From contig OY253670.1 of assembly GCA_958009085.1 (NCBI GenBank), positions 124,001 through 188,000 on the forward strand: DNA of 64,000 bases, in the 5' to 3' direction. A program made the position numbers and the translations under genes. How positions within the stretch are numbered: position 1 is the first letter of the stretch; every line of letters begins with the position of its first letter. Positions 23,994-37,600 of the stretch are shown piece after piece. This stretch comes from Protoeuglena noctilucae (taxonomy: Eukaryota). Below the pieces are notes generated by a model that saw nothing but the letters and a program-made list of their open reading frames with translations, did not search any database and was not told the origin of the DNA.

Positions 23994-25791
23994 CCCGCCT
24001 CTGCAGCCTCGCCGGCGCTCCATGGCGCCGCAGATACCCGCGAGGACACCCCCACCCCGCCCATCGGTTCCATGCCTGGGTCGTTCTCGCCAGGCGGCCC
24101 CCGCCCCTTGCGTGCTGGGGTCCGCCTGCGCCCACCCCTCCCGCGGACACTGACAGGTGGCCCCGGCTCCGCTGCTCCGGGCGCCACTCCTCTTCTCGTC
24201 TGTGCGCCGTCGGGACAGCCTGGGCCGTCGCACTCTCTCCCATGCCTTTCCCGCTGCCCGTCACGCTGCCTCCGGGCTCAGGGCTTTGCTGGGACATGCC
24301 GCATGCCACGTGCGCCCCCGCTGGAGGGCGGTGCATGCCTGCCGCCCCCGGCGCCTTCCTCGCCGGCTCGTCTCCTCGCGCTCCTTCGCCACCCCCGCTG
24401 CATGTCGTCCCCCGCCTCCCCAGCATTTGCAGTAACAACACACGGCAGCCGTCGATCTTTTGGCCCATCTTCGCCGGGTCCCACCACCGGGAGGGGCTGC
24501 CTACCATCGCAGGGATTGCCGTGCAAGTGCGTTGCCTAGATGAGAATCTTGTCCAGCGCGGCCCCTCCCCCATTCCTCCGTTCCACGAGCGTAGACCCAT
24601 CTCCTTTGCCTCACCTCCCGACGCCCTCCCAGGCCCGCTGTCGTTTCCTTGCGTGGGAGGGCCGCTTGCCCCTCCGCCGGCCGGCGCTTGGCGCCCCAGC
24701 GGCTCGCGCCTCCGCCTCCGCCCTGCTACCTGGGCGTTGCGAGCGCGGGGCCCTCGCCGCCCCTCGCACGGGACACGCTCCTTTCCCCGCCCCGGCCATC
24801 CATCGCAGATTACCATGCTATGGATGTAATGCGAGGCCTGGCCGAACAACACCCCTCGCGCGCATTTCCAGCGCCCCCCGGCACGCTCGCCAGCATGGAC
24901 AGCCGCACACCCCAGTGGCCGCGCGCCTTTCCGTGGGCCACGTTAGACGTCCTCGGGCCGGCCGGCCCGCTGTCCTGCACCGCTGGCCCTCCCGGACAGC
25001 GTGTTTGGAAGGCGCCTTCTATCGTCGAGGTTTGCCTCTGTGTTTGCTGGGCCCCTCGAGCGCACCCAGGCCCGGCGTATGGGCCGCTGACCTCATGACC
25101 TCGGCCGAGGCTGCCTGGGACTCTTTGCGCCCTCCATTGGTGCTTGACTTGCTGCCCCCGCGGCTTGGCGTGGGGTGACCGCGTCGCCCGTCCGCAGCCG
25201 CGGCAGCGCGTGGCTCTTGTCTCTGCCGTCTCTGCCGCCATCTCTCCTCGTTGCTAGCCCTTGTTCTCGACGCCCCCGCAAGTTGCAGGATGCTTTGCAA
25301 ACAATGACGCGTGGCATGGTTGCGCCAAGTGTTGCCGTGATGCGTGGGCCTGCCTTGCTTCGCCGACGTGCTTGCCCGTCTGCGCCGCCTCCCAGCTCTG
25401 GGGTGGCCCAGTGGATGTGCCTTGTTCCTCGTGTGGTACGGGCAACGCATGGATCCGCCTTTTAGCCCCTGCTGGAGGCTCTCCGTGTTGAAGGACCCCC
25501 CGTTGTCCAGGTCCTGGACGTAACGTGTAACGTGAAAGACGATCCCCCCACCAGCATTCGGGGAGGGCCTCGTCGTCGACCTTGTTGAGTCGTCTCGGAA
25601 AAAGCGCCCTGCTGTGCCTGACCAGGTATGACCCGCTAGCTGGACGTCGTCTCTAGCGCGAGGAAGCTGTCCCGATCCGCTAAATCATTCGTTCTTTCAT
25701 GATTCGTGTGCGTCGGACGATAGCTGTGTGCGCTAGTTCCCTCCTGCCGTCCCGCGGACCCCGCGTCGGTCCGACTTCCAGCTGCGGAGCC

Positions 25792-26122
25792 ATGGGTCTC
25801 CTGGCCGCCTTTCTCGGGAAAACCAAGCCGGATGGCACTGATGATGCGAAACGCACGCCGTCGCAAGGCAACACCGGGAAAAGCGACGGCAGCGGCACCA
25901 GGACCGTCGTCTTGCATGGCCAGGACGCCCAGAGGCGACTCGAGAGCTCGGGCCGCTGCAGTATCGCACGATTCAAGGCGCACAAGCTGCAGAACGACGG
26001 GTCCCGCTTCCCCAACCCACGCGCAGGGCGAAGCTGAGCGCCGGGTTTCTGCGCAACGCAGCGCCGTTCGAGGGCACGCGCCGCAAGGGCATCAACAGCG
26101 CCAACGTCGCGAAGAACATGTA
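25792..26122 (+). CDS. Possible small protein (MGLLAAFLGKTKPDG...); exon structure uncertain
   Basis: GCCATGG start context and coding-like codons. Ends at TGA 26037 if unspliced, or near TAA 26122 if spliced. No family recognised. Confidence 0.3.
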
Positions 26123-26206
26123 ACGTGAGGCCAGCGAAAGCATGTCAAGGCATCCTAACCGGAATATCTGCAGCCTCGCTCTGTTGTCTACTATCTGTTG
26201 CAAGGC

Positions 26207-28176
26207 TCAGAGGAAGTACTCTGGGGCTCGCGACCCCTCCGCCGACCCCACCGCGACGCCCGCGCCCGTCCCCGCGGCGAGATCGCCGTCTTCGACGCCC
26301 GCAGACCCCGCGGAGGCCGCGATCTCCCCGATGGTGGCAGACGCGGCAAACACGCTCGTCTCCGAGGGCAGGGCGGCCGCCGTGGCTGGTGGCCGAGCGC
26401 CGCTGAGGAGCGCCTGAGAGAGCTAGGAGATGGGACAGAGGTCACAAGCGACCGGGCAGCGACGGGCGGCGAGCGGCAGCCGCGGCAGTTGAAGCGACGC
26501 AAGCGGCACACACGAGCGGCATGCAATGCGCCTCACCTGCTCATAGTCAGTGACGCTCTTGCTGAACCCCAGTACATGCTCCAGATTCTTGTCCCACTGC
26601 TGCATCCGTAAGGCAGGCGAGCCACGCACGGTGCCGACCACTGCGGGGTCACGGCCACAGAACCCAGCCCGTCACATGCCGACACAGCCATAGGCATGGG
26701 TAGTAAGCATCGTCCATGCCGTGCGCTGGTGAAGGTAGTGCTGCCGCAACGCCCCCGCGCTCACCCTGCGCCGGGCTGCCGGCCACCATCTGGTGCGGCA
26801 GCACGGGCTTGAGCACGAGGCTCCCCGCGGCAACCTGTGCGCCCTTCCCGATCTGGATGTTCCCCAGGATGCTCGCGTAAGCCCCGATGAGGACGCCGTC
26901 TCCCACCTTGGGGTGCCTGTCCCCGTGCTCCTTGCCCGTGCCGCCCAGCGTCACACCCTGGGACACACGAAAGTGCCCGGCGCATTACGCCATGCTGCAT
27001 CGCAGCCCATGGCACCGCCGGCGAGGTAGCATGCGCGCACAGCGATACATATTACGCAGAGGCCTTCAAATGAACCTCGTTTTGATTCCCTCCTCGCCTG
27101 GAGCATGCTGCAGAAGTCCCCAATGACGGCCGTCTCCCCAATGACGACGCCCGTGGCGTGGTCCAGCAAGAGGCCCTTGCCGATGCGCGCGGCCGGGTGG
27201 ATGTCGACGGCAAAGACTTCGCTGATGCGGCTCTGGAGTGCGAGGGCCATGAAGCGGCTGCCGCTGTTCCACAGCACGTGGCTGGGGCGGGGAGGGGCAA
27301 AGCGCATGGGTGCGGGGGCACATGGCGAGCACGGGTTACATCTTGTGGCCACTGCGACAGAGCTCGCACCTGATTCGGTGCGCCTGGACGGCGTGGAAGC
27401 CCTTGGAATACAGCAGGCACTGGGAGTAGCCCTGGCACGCGGGGTCGCGCTCGACGGCCGCGACCACGTCCGCCCGGGCCGCCTCGGGGACGCTCTCATC
27501 CTGGCGCAGGACTTCGTAAAACATCTCGAAGAGCTCCGTCGCCAGCAGCGTCACGTCGGCGAGCCTGGGGCACGGGGACGGAAGCGAGTGACGAAGGGGC
27601 TGCGCGCAGGATCGCGCCGGGCTCCGACGCTCATCGCGTACGCAGCTACTGCTGTACCTGTTCGACAGCACGAACGCCAGGGCGCGCTCGAAGTTGTCGT
27701 GGCACAGGATGGACGCGTAGAGGAAGGATGACAGGAGGGGCTCAGAGCTCGCGTCCCTCTCCGCCTCAGCCCGTATCGCCTTCCACACCACATCTCCGTG
27801 CACGCGCTTGCCATCCTTCAGGTCCTTCCGCGCCACCGCGTCCTGGATGGCCTCCTCCAGCTCCAGGCACTCCGGGAAGGCCTGGTAGCTTTGCAGGTAC
27901 GACGGAAAGGCCGAATCCGTGATACGGTCCCCGCTGCAGTGGCGAGGGGGGACGGGGCATCGTCGGAGGGGCGCAGCAGCGGGGAGAGTTGAGGAAGGCT
28001 CGCAGAACGCACCTCTCGTCTCCCACGGACGCGCGCCTACGTGCGAGATAGCCGCGACATCGCTTCTCGAAAGCCCACCACCGAACGCGCCGAGGGGCTG
28101 GCGGCCGGGGGCCCCCCAGGGGTCGGGTACAAAGCTGAGACGGGGAGCCCGCTCGCGTCGCGCCGGTGGCGCACAT
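26207..28176 (-). CDS. SAT: Serine O-acetyltransferase (CysE/SAT), probably organellar
   Basis: VWKAIRAEAERDASSEPLLSSFLYASIL, ERDPACQGYSQCLLYSKGFHAVQAHRI, FAVDIHPAARIGKGLLLDHATGVVIGETA, GVTLGGTGKEHGDRHPKVG. Ends PEYFL-TGA. Confidence 0.96.
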
Positions 28177-28504
28177 GCCGACGGGAAGCCAAGCTATGCT
28201 CGTCGTATCGAGCACGACGCACGACCGGGAGACTCCCAGGTCCGCGGGTCCCTCCGCGGGTCCCGCAGGTGATGTGCTGTGCTGGCGACGGCAGCAAGCA
28301 CCCACGTCACTGACGTATTTGGGAAATGGCCACTCGACCGTGCGCACGGAGCTCGAAATATGCGCAATTGGATTGGGAACGGTAAGCATACATCACGAGC
28401 CGTGCCAGCCGTGGCCGTTGCTGGCACTGGCGGGGCAATTGACGAGGCACAGTCCTCTGCCTTGTATTCACAGCGTTTTTCATCAGTCTGCGACCCCCCA
28501 GCTA

Positions 28505-31500
28505 TCAGCACACGCGCAGGGCGCCCCTGGCTGTGCTGCAAAAGTGCACAAACGCCTTTCGGAACGAGTTTCTGCGCTCGCGGGGGGACGCCAGCGCGGC
28601 GCAAGTCGTCGCGGCGTGCGTCTGCAGGTCCGTGAGGTGCTGGGCGAGCGAGGACGCTGATGCTGACGGAAGTCGGCCGTCCTCCCCACAGAGCCTGCGC
28701 CCACGGCAGGCGTCATGCGCTGCGCTGGGAAGCAGCAGCTCGAGACTGAAGCGCGCGCGCACGCTCGAGTGTGGCAGCCGCACCTGGCGAAGATAGCGCG
28801 CGTGTCGAGTCCCGGCATCTGGAACACCAGCACCAGCACCTCGGCCAGGGCGTCCGCCATGAAGTTGTCCGCGAAAGTGCCCTTGGCGACCGCGGGACCC
28901 ACCAGCTGCACTCCCAAATAGGTCGGCAGGCCCTGCGGATAAGCCCCTAGGAGGTCCCCGAGGCCGCTCTTGCCTTGGGACGACGCGTTGGCGTGCCACT
29001 GCAGCAGAAACGCGATGCCCTGCGCGAGCAGAGAGCCACAGTGCGCTCGCCGCGGCCGGCCGATGAGCGACACCACAGCAGTACGATCGCGCCGCTCGCG
29101 GCGCACTTCCCCCCCGTGCAGGGCAAACCACGGCCTCTCTTCCTCACCTCGAGCGCCGCAGACCCGACCTCCACGCTCCCCTCGGTCGACGCGAACAGCA
29201 GAGTATCGATGAGGACGCGGAAGGAACTGGCCGGCAAGGCAGACACCTGCGCATGGGATCCTCAGGCGCAGGTGTTGCCACGACCGTCACGGGGGCGGGG
29301 ATCAGCAGAATGACAGCAAGTCACAGCTGCACCTGCTGCGGGAAGGACTCGAGTGCGCTGGCAGCCAGCGACGTGTATTCCTCCGCGACTTTGGGGAACC
29401 GCAGCAGCGCGGCATCCACGGTGGAGAGCACGCCCGCGAGGCCCTGCACCACCGCTGGCCCCAGGAACGCCCCGGGAGCGGCCCCCGCATCTGCTCCCTG
29501 CGCAGCACAGCAAGTGAGACGCCCGGGTTTCCATGAAAGCCCAACGCCATGCATTGCGACACCCCCAACACCGTGCAAGCCTCGCCTCTTCCCCCTCGTC
29601 TTCCACGAGGTTCCTGCTCGCCAGATGCCTCAGCATCCGAAGCAGCGACGTGACCTCCTTGGACCGTTCCCTCAGCACCTGCTCCCTATGACCAGTACCC
29701 GCACCGATCTGCGGGACAAATCACGCGGGACCATAAGCAGATAGAGTCACTCGCAACGGTGTTGCCGTTACATCGACAACGCGGAGGACTGCGCATAGCA
29801 GCCCGGACATGCAGCGGCACGCACCCCGTCTGCCCCCGCGTGGGTGCGATACACGTCCACCACGCCCAGCACCCATTGCGCCAGCGTGCGAGCGTCCCCG
29901 TCTGACAGGTACACCACGTGGGCCTCCACGATCAGCGCCGCCAGCTTGAGCAGGCGGGCGCGCAGGACTGCGGGGGGGCAGAGCGGCGTGGTGACCTAAC
30001 AGGCAGCGGCGCAGGCACATGCAGCGTTCAGCATGCCATGTGCCTCGAACAACTCTCCACGCATCCCTGTCTCGGTCAACGCCCGCCGACGCCCACCAAC
30101 GCTCGCCTGTGTTGACTGCGGCGGCCCGCTGCACCTCCAGCAGGACGCCCAGGTGGGGCTGCAGGAGACCCCACAAGCGCTCGTGCATGCTGGGCTCCAT
30201 GCCCTGGCAGAACCCGCACAGCCGCTCCACCATCAAGAGCATCTGGGAACCCCCGCTGCCCTGCACGTCGCCCTCCCCCAGCCGGCGGCCCCCCAGCGCC
30301 GCCAGCCCCGCCCCCACCGGCCCCGCCAGCCCCGCCAGGTACGCCCCCCGGGCCTCCGCCTCCCCCAACCCCGACGCGGCCTGCAGAGCGCAGCACGCCA
30401 GCTTGCGATGCAGTTTCCCCGGCAGGTGCGCGAAGGGCGGCTCGTTCGCCGCAAAGGCCCCCACGAACGCCGCCCACTCCGGCACCCCCGCCAGCGCCCC
30501 GCACGTCCGCGTGTGCCGCGTCAGAGCCGTCATCAGCTTCCCGCACACGATGCCGTGCAGCGTCGACTCCCCTGGGTAATCCGCCAGCAGCTGCCGGGCC
30601 AGTTGGACCGTCGAGGCCAGCACAGCGGGGCCCGAGCCCTGCAGGCGAGCGCAGAGGCGGGACTCGGCTTTTCGGGAGTTTGCAGTACCATCCGTCCTTA
30701 TCCCTTACACTGCAAGCTGACAGTTGGCAGATGGTTGCATGAGCGCCCTCTACAGGATAGCGCCCACCGTCACCTGCGCCCCAAACGCGTCCGCCACCCT
30801 TGCGGGCCTCAATGCCAGCAGGAAGGTGTCGGCCCAGCGGGCGAGCGCGGCCGCCAAAACCTCCATGATGCGCGGGCTCATGCCGGCGGGCCCCAGGCGC
30901 AGCGCCAGGTCCGCCACGCCCAGCAAGGCGCGCGAGAGGTCCACGGCAGGGTCCGGTCGCCCCTCGCGCGCCGCCCTGTCGCACGCCTGCTCGAGCACCA
31001 GGGGCGCGCTGGGCGTCTCGCCCTCCACAGCGTCTGCCAGCACCCCCGCCGCCACCTGCACCAGCGCGCACAGCTGCTCCAGCGCCACCACATGCGCCGC
31101 GGACCCGGGGTCCCCCGCGCGCACCGCCTCGGCCACCGCCCCCAGCCGCCCGGCCAGGAACGGCGCCGTGGTCAGCATGGCCACCCGCCCCAGCACCGCC
31201 AGCGCGTCTCCCCGGGCCTCCTGCGACCCCACCGCGTCGCCCTCGGCGTCGTGGTCGTCCTCGTCGTCAAACGCCTCCTGCGCACCCAGCGCCGCCTGCA
31301 GCCACGAAGTTCTGCCAGGATTGGATCAATCGTTACGTCAATCTCACACCCTCGCATGCAGCATGCAGTCCATGATGTGGTCCATGACATGAAATAAGAG
31401 CCACAAAGCATTTCTCTCTTGCCTTCTGGTCGACCAGCGTGCAGAAGACCTCCCCCGCCGCCTCCGTGAGGGCCGTGGGTGCCCCGCCGTCCGTGCCCTG

Positions 31501-33746
31501 CAGCAGCGCCACCCACGTGTCTAGGGCATTCTGGAGGCCCGTGTGCGCCAGCGACTCCTGCTGAGAGTCGTCCAGGCCGCCCTCGCGGGCCAGCGCCAGC
31601 GTGATGTCCCGCAGAAGCCCTACTGCAGCGAGGGACATCACGAGGGGCGTCGGTGTGCGAGAGAGCGGGAGGCAGGCAGCTGCATTGTGAGAGAGGGAAA
31701 GAAGCGGGGCAGGAGCAACGCAGGAGTTGTGGCGGGGTCCCCGCTGTTGCGAATGTCGCAGGCATGGGTGGCTGCAATGCTCCCTCACCCAGCCCTCGAG
31801 GCAGGCGGTCCCCTTGGACCATCGACGCAGCTCTCTCCATCTCATCCGGGCGCATCACGAGGCTCAGTTGCAGCTGCAGGGAAAAGAACATGACTGGAGT
31901 TGCCTGCCTCGGCAACGCTGTTGCGTACCGCATGCCCCGCTGCTGTCCCCAGCCCCATGCATGTCACAGCGCGTTATAGTCGAATGCTGCTCTGCCCCGC
32001 AACTCACCAGGACAAAGGTGACGGACCGCACGGCCAGCTCCGCGGCGAGGTTGCCCCGGAGTGCCGCCCCGACAGACCACTCGAGGGGCCACGCAACGGC
32101 GAGGGACGCGGAGATCACCCAGGCGGCGTGGGTGGCCCGGGACGCACCCGCATCGTCGTTGGGGAACACGTCACCTGTCAAGACGGCCAGCTGCGGGGGA
32201 CGCCTGGGACAGACGATCGCATCGCAAGCGAACGGCGGCACGATCACCCACATGCCTTCCCAGGTCATCTCACTCCTCTGCACCCTCGCCCTCTACTAGA
32301 CCCAAAGCACTCGCCTGCGCAATGACCTCCAGGCCTTGTGAGAGTACGTCCAGGCTGCGGGGTTGCTGAGCCCCCTGCCCCGTCGACCCTCGCCAGCCCC
32401 CCACGGCCCACAGGCACGCATCCACGATCCACGCGAGGTTGCCCTTGTCGAGCAGCGTCCCGCGCCACGCGGGTCCCGGCTCCACGGTGGCCGGGTCGAC
32501 CCCCGCGCGCAGGGACGGAGGCACGGGAGTGTCGATGGGCGCGTGGCGGAAGTCCCACGACAGGCAGGCGGAGAGCAGGTCGAGCGCCGCCTGCGAAACG
32601 CCGAGACGCTTCGAGTCCGTGCGCGCAGGGGAGCCTCGCTTGCCTGGCACGGCTGCCGGCCGTTGAGGTGCCGGTGGGGGCAACCCAAGCCCACTCGCCT
32701 GGCACACTCGCGTGGCCTCGTCGGCGGGCAGCGCCCCCACAGCGGCGCCCCCGGCCTGCAGCCCCGATTGGAAAAACTCCAGGAGTAGGGTTTCCCCCAG
32801 GGACCTGCAACAACGCTCGTGGAACTCCAGGGGCATACCCAGGCGGGAGGAGGTGGTGGGGGCGAACTCCACGACCTGGGGCGGGGAGGGAGGCGGGGAT
32901 CGAAGCGAAGCGAGAACAGCTCGTGACATGATGCGGCGGGCTGGGGCTTTAAGTGGCGCCGAGGCTGTCTGGCTCGGTCGACTGCGGCCACCCACCAGGG
33001 CCCGCATGACCCCCAGGGCGACGAGCTGGCCGGGGCAGTCCCGGCGCTCGCGCAGCGACTGGAGGAAGGCGGCGTGGTCCGAGGGGGGCCTGACGAGCCA
33101 GCCGCGCTTGGTGAGTACGGCCACCACCCGGAAGGCCGCCTCCCGCACGGGACGCACGTGCTCGACGGCGCCGGCCAGACTCGCCAAGACGGAGGCCACG
33201 AGGCTCGCGGGGTCGAACCCAGGCACCGCCCAGTCCCGGAGCGCACACGCCTGTGAGATCGGGGTGCGTGGAGGGGCGCTTTGGAGGCAAAATTGCCACT
33301 GCCGTGTTTGCACAGAGCGGCGCACGGTGCGATAGTCTCGCTGTAGCAGTCGTGCGACAGCGGAGGCAGAAGCATCAATCGCCTGGCAGCCCCCGTGCGC
33401 ACCTGGATCGTGTGCAGCGCCTGGAGCTGGGCAGCAGGAGACTGGGAGTGGGCGAGGATGACGTTGCACACTTCGTAAGGGTCGGGCATCGCGCGGAAGG
33501 CCATCTGCGCGCCAGGGAGCGCGCGGGAGGTTCCCGAGCACAAACCAGGACCCCGAGCACAAACCAGCGCGATTCTCGAGCAATGCCGCGCTCCCTCAGC
33601 GCCGGAAGCATCTGGAGACACAGCAGCAATGTATGCTCAGAGCATCGTCGCACCAGCGTGCTCTCCCCGTCCCTGACAGTGCGTGGGTCCTCCAGGAGGC
33701 GGCAAGCATGCTCGACCGCCTCCATCTGCGCGCGCAGCCTCTCCAT
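28505..33746 (-). CDS. XPO4: Exportin-4-like karyopherin (HEAT repeats)
   Basis: N-terminal AVEHAC..ESTLMAFRAMPDPYEVCNVILAHSQ..QLQA..ALRDW, VLTKRGW, VEFAPTTSSRLGMPLEFHERC, CLSWDF, LLRFPKVAEEY; C-terminal RNSFRKAFVHF. Many GT/GC-AG introns. Confidence 0.85.
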
Positions 33747-34682
33747 CTGGCCACGGCGCTAGATCCCCAGTCCTAAGGCAGCATCATGGCCGCACGCCGG
33801 CAGGCAGAAGGGCAGCTGCTGGTGAGATGTCAGCCCACGCCTCATATGCGTGGGTAGATCTTCGCTTCGCTCGCTCCAAGCGATTGATATATATACGAGC
33901 TAAGGGCCTGAAGCAATTGCACGCGCTGCCTGTGACCCAGACAGGTGTATCTTGGCCTACGTTCGCGGGGTTTGGCCAGTGACGGCTGCCGGGTCGTGAA
34001 TTTGGCGGCTGGCGCTGTGGACGAGGCATGTAAGCTTTTTCTTTACAAATACGCGACGAAGAAGAGTGTGATTAAGCCGCCAGGCGTTTTGATGTTTTCT
34101 TGAAACGGCGGGCACTGGTATCGTTGACCCCCGATGGGGCCCAGGGCGTCTGTCAGCTCGTCACATAGAGCTTTGTTTAACGCCGATCCGGACGCGTGAC
34201 ATGCGCTGCGCCCGAGGTGGGGCGTGCGCCTCCCCCCGCTCCAAAGGCGCAGAGGCGTGACCGATTTCCCCACCCCCTCGACGGGCAAGGTGAGACGCAT
34301 GCGTCAGCCGCAGGCGGCCCAGCGCTTTGCCTGTTTGCGAGCTGCAAGGGCGCCGTTGCACACTCGCATGCGGTGTGCCCGCAAACGCGGCTGTCGTCTC
34401 ACGAACACCGCCGCGACATGCGATTTCCGGTCACCTTTGAGACGTCGTCGTATCGCGCCCCGCACAGTCGCCCCGGGCGGCTCCTCGCGCCCCGCAGCAT
34501 GACGCGGTGGAAATTGGAAGGCCCGCTGCGCGCGGGCCGTCCCGACAGCGCGATCTCGGGCCTTTGTTTCGGTCTTGCAGGACTGATTGTGTCGCGGGGA
34601 GCGTCCGGCGGCGAATCTTGGCCGCCCAGACGAATCATCGAGGGTCATCTCCCGTGGGCGGCCACCGCGCCGCGCTGAGGCG

Positions 34683-37600
34683 ATGAATCAGGGTTCCGCA
34701 GAACTCGCTGCATCCCTAGCAAGTCTTTCCCCGGGAACCCGCAGCTTCCTGGGGCTCACCAGGCGAGCCCGCAGGCCATGCAGCACTACCCTCCCCTCTC
34801 TTTCGGCCCATACGCGACACGGAACCCCCTTTCGCGCCCTCAGCCCGCAAGACTGCGCGTCACAGGCCGCGCTTCTTGCTTCCGTCCTGTCCCCCGAGGG
34901 CCGGGCGTCCCTCCTGGACCTGCGTGGCATCAGCGAGCCTTTCTTTGTCGCCTTGTCCAAGCTCCTTGTCTCCCGCACCGTCACCCTGGAGCAGGTCCTC
35001 GATCTCGACTATGTCGGGCTCCTAGAAATCGTGTCCCAGGCGCCGCCAGACCAGCAACTCCCGCTCCTGGAGAGCACGCTCCGGAGGGTTGGTCAGGCGC
35101 AGCCCGGTCGCGGCAAATCGACATACCGTGCTGCAGCACGCACGCCGACATACGCGATCGCTCGCGCGTGACCCGTGCGTGTCGCTACGGCCGCCACTGC
35201 CCCACGTCCTGCCACCCCTGCCTGGTCCACCCCCCCCAGGTCTGCCGTCTCTGCCTCCCCGTCCCCCTCCCCGCCCCCCGCGCGTCCCAGCGCGCGCCCG
35301 CCCGCCCTGTCTGCGGCGGAGCGCCTGTCCTCCCTCCAAGTTTCCGGCAACGGCCCCGTCGCCTCCCCCGCGCGGTGGGCGCGGTCCGAGACCTCCCAGT
35401 CATGGAGGAATAGCCCCCAGTCCACGTCCCCCATTGCCGCGAGCGCCCTGCCGCAATGGGGCGCCGTGGGGTCCCCGGCCTCCGCGGCATTCGCCACGCC
35501 CACAGGTGTGAGGGTGCTGTGCATGGGCATGGATGTGAAGCTGAGACACGGGAGCAAACATAGGGTAGGTGTTTGGCGGGTGCATCGGCACGGCTACTGC
35601 ATGGACACTCAACTTATCCACTCCTCGACTCCCGCAGGCACCCGCCCTGGATCCCCAGAGCTGGGGGCCACCCCCGGCAGCAACGCCGTCACGCAGTGGC
35701 GGCCGACCCCCACGTCCACGCCCACCCCTGCTGCGGGCCCCATGGCGCCGCCGTCGGGATGGAAGGCCCCTGCGCGGGGGATGGACGGACTGCATGCGGG
35801 CGTCCCGGGTGGCGCCCCGACCCTCGCGAATGGGTTCCGGAGTTATGACGGGCAGCTGGCGGGTGAGGGCGGATAAAGAGGGTCGCGAGACGCGCAGACG
35901 AGATGCATAAAGAGATATGGATCCCTGTCCCGAGCGCTGCGTGTAGTTGGGAAGGGCGGCCTGCGCGGCATGCCATGCAGCTGTGACCCACGTGCCCTTT
36001 TGCTGTCGACAGGGTGCCGGACACCCGATGCGGCGGGCGGCTTTACGCCCGGCGGTCCCCGGCGGGACTCTGCGGGATGGAAGACGGCGGCCAGCCTCAA
36101 CGGAGCCTTGGGCAGGGACAGCGGGGGCGTGGCCACCCCGGGGCAGGCGTCGCTGTCACGGAGCGGGTCGGACCACAGCGGCCCGGGGTCCATGCGCAAG
36201 CAGGACGCGGTGCTAAATAGGTGAGTCAAGGGTGCCTGTGGGGGCTTTTCCTTGCACTGGAGCGTGCAGTGGGTGTGCGGCGGCAAGGCGGGAGTGCGCA
36301 CGCTGTCGCTGGACGCGACTTTGATCAATGTAAACAGCGCTGTTCATCTCATCGCTCTCACCCCTGCCGTGCCTGCCCCGCAGCTTCCCCCTGATCCTGA
36401 CTGGCACCAACACGTCAGAACTGTCGGGGTGGAACCCCGCCTCCACGTCCCCCGGGGGAGGGGCCAAGGCTCCCGGTAATCGCTGGTCTAACCTCTCGGA
36501 ATCTGGCCCGGGGCCCGCGAGCGCCGGGCAGAGGGCGCCGTGGCCTGCCCAGGGCCCTGAGTGGGGAGGGACCCTCGCTGTGCCCAGCCCAGGGGGGGCG
36601 GGCACGCCGCCTCCGGAGCTGGCGGCGGCGGCGCAGCATGCTCTGGCCCGGGTGCAGGCGGGGGCGGGACCCGCGAGGCCCTCGGAGGCGAGCGTGTCGG
36701 GAGGGGAGCTTGGGGAGGGCGGCGCAGGCGCAGGGGCGCGTGTGAGCCGGGGGTGGCGTCCCGGGGATGCCACGCCGCCGATGCGGGGGTCGACGGAAGT
36801 GCGGCGGGAGAAGGCGTGGCTGGCGGAGATCGAGGTGAGGGGGCAAGGGGTGCAGGCGGTGTGGATGGGCCGAGGCACTCCCGGTCACAGTATGGCTGCC
36901 GCTCTGCAGCCACTCGACGTTGCCATGTTTCGTTGATTGCAGGACATGCAGGGGCAGATTATGAACATCACCCAGGCGCCCTGGGTCGGGTCTCTTCACG
37001 CGTCGGCCAACCGTGCGGTGGAGGAGCTGCTGCAGGAGTCAGGGAAGAAGCTGCGCGCCCTGTGCCGGCTTCCCGAGGTGAGATTGACAAACGTCCATGA
37101 AGCACACACTAGAGGTACATGCAAGAGGCGTTGCTGTGGGTCCGAACGCAACCCCACCCGGTCGTCGCACTCACGCCCACCCTCTCCTGTGCCCCATTAG
37201 AGCATCGCCAGGGCCGCGCTTTCCAAAGAAGACTTTGAGGCGCTCCTCACGTGGTCCATGGACCTGAGTGTCCCCGAACTGACTGCCATTGGGGACTGGC
37301 TCTCGGACCCCACCACCCCCGTGCCCCTCCGCGCGCTCCTCTGCCTGCCGTCGTCAGCATTCTGGAAGTGCGCCACCGCCGACGACGTACGCGTGGCCGC
37401 GCAGCCACTCGCCAGGCTGCCGGGGAAGCTGCTGCAGGCGAGTGTGTGGGACAGGGCGAGGCGAGGCAGCGTGCAGCTGCAGGTTGGAAATCGTGTTGCG
37501 GAGAAGCGTGACTTGCACAGCAAACATGGGTCGAGTCTCACCAGTCGCCTTCGCACGGTGTTGGGGCAGGACCCACGACGAAAGGGCGAAATGGGCAAAA

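Noticed and set aside
30033..31397. Long ORFs opposite real genes (e.g. 454 aa at 30033, 461 aa at 58287, 396 aa at 49770)
   Set aside because: Antisense or off-frame shadows expected in very GC-rich coding DNA; no recognisable motifs.
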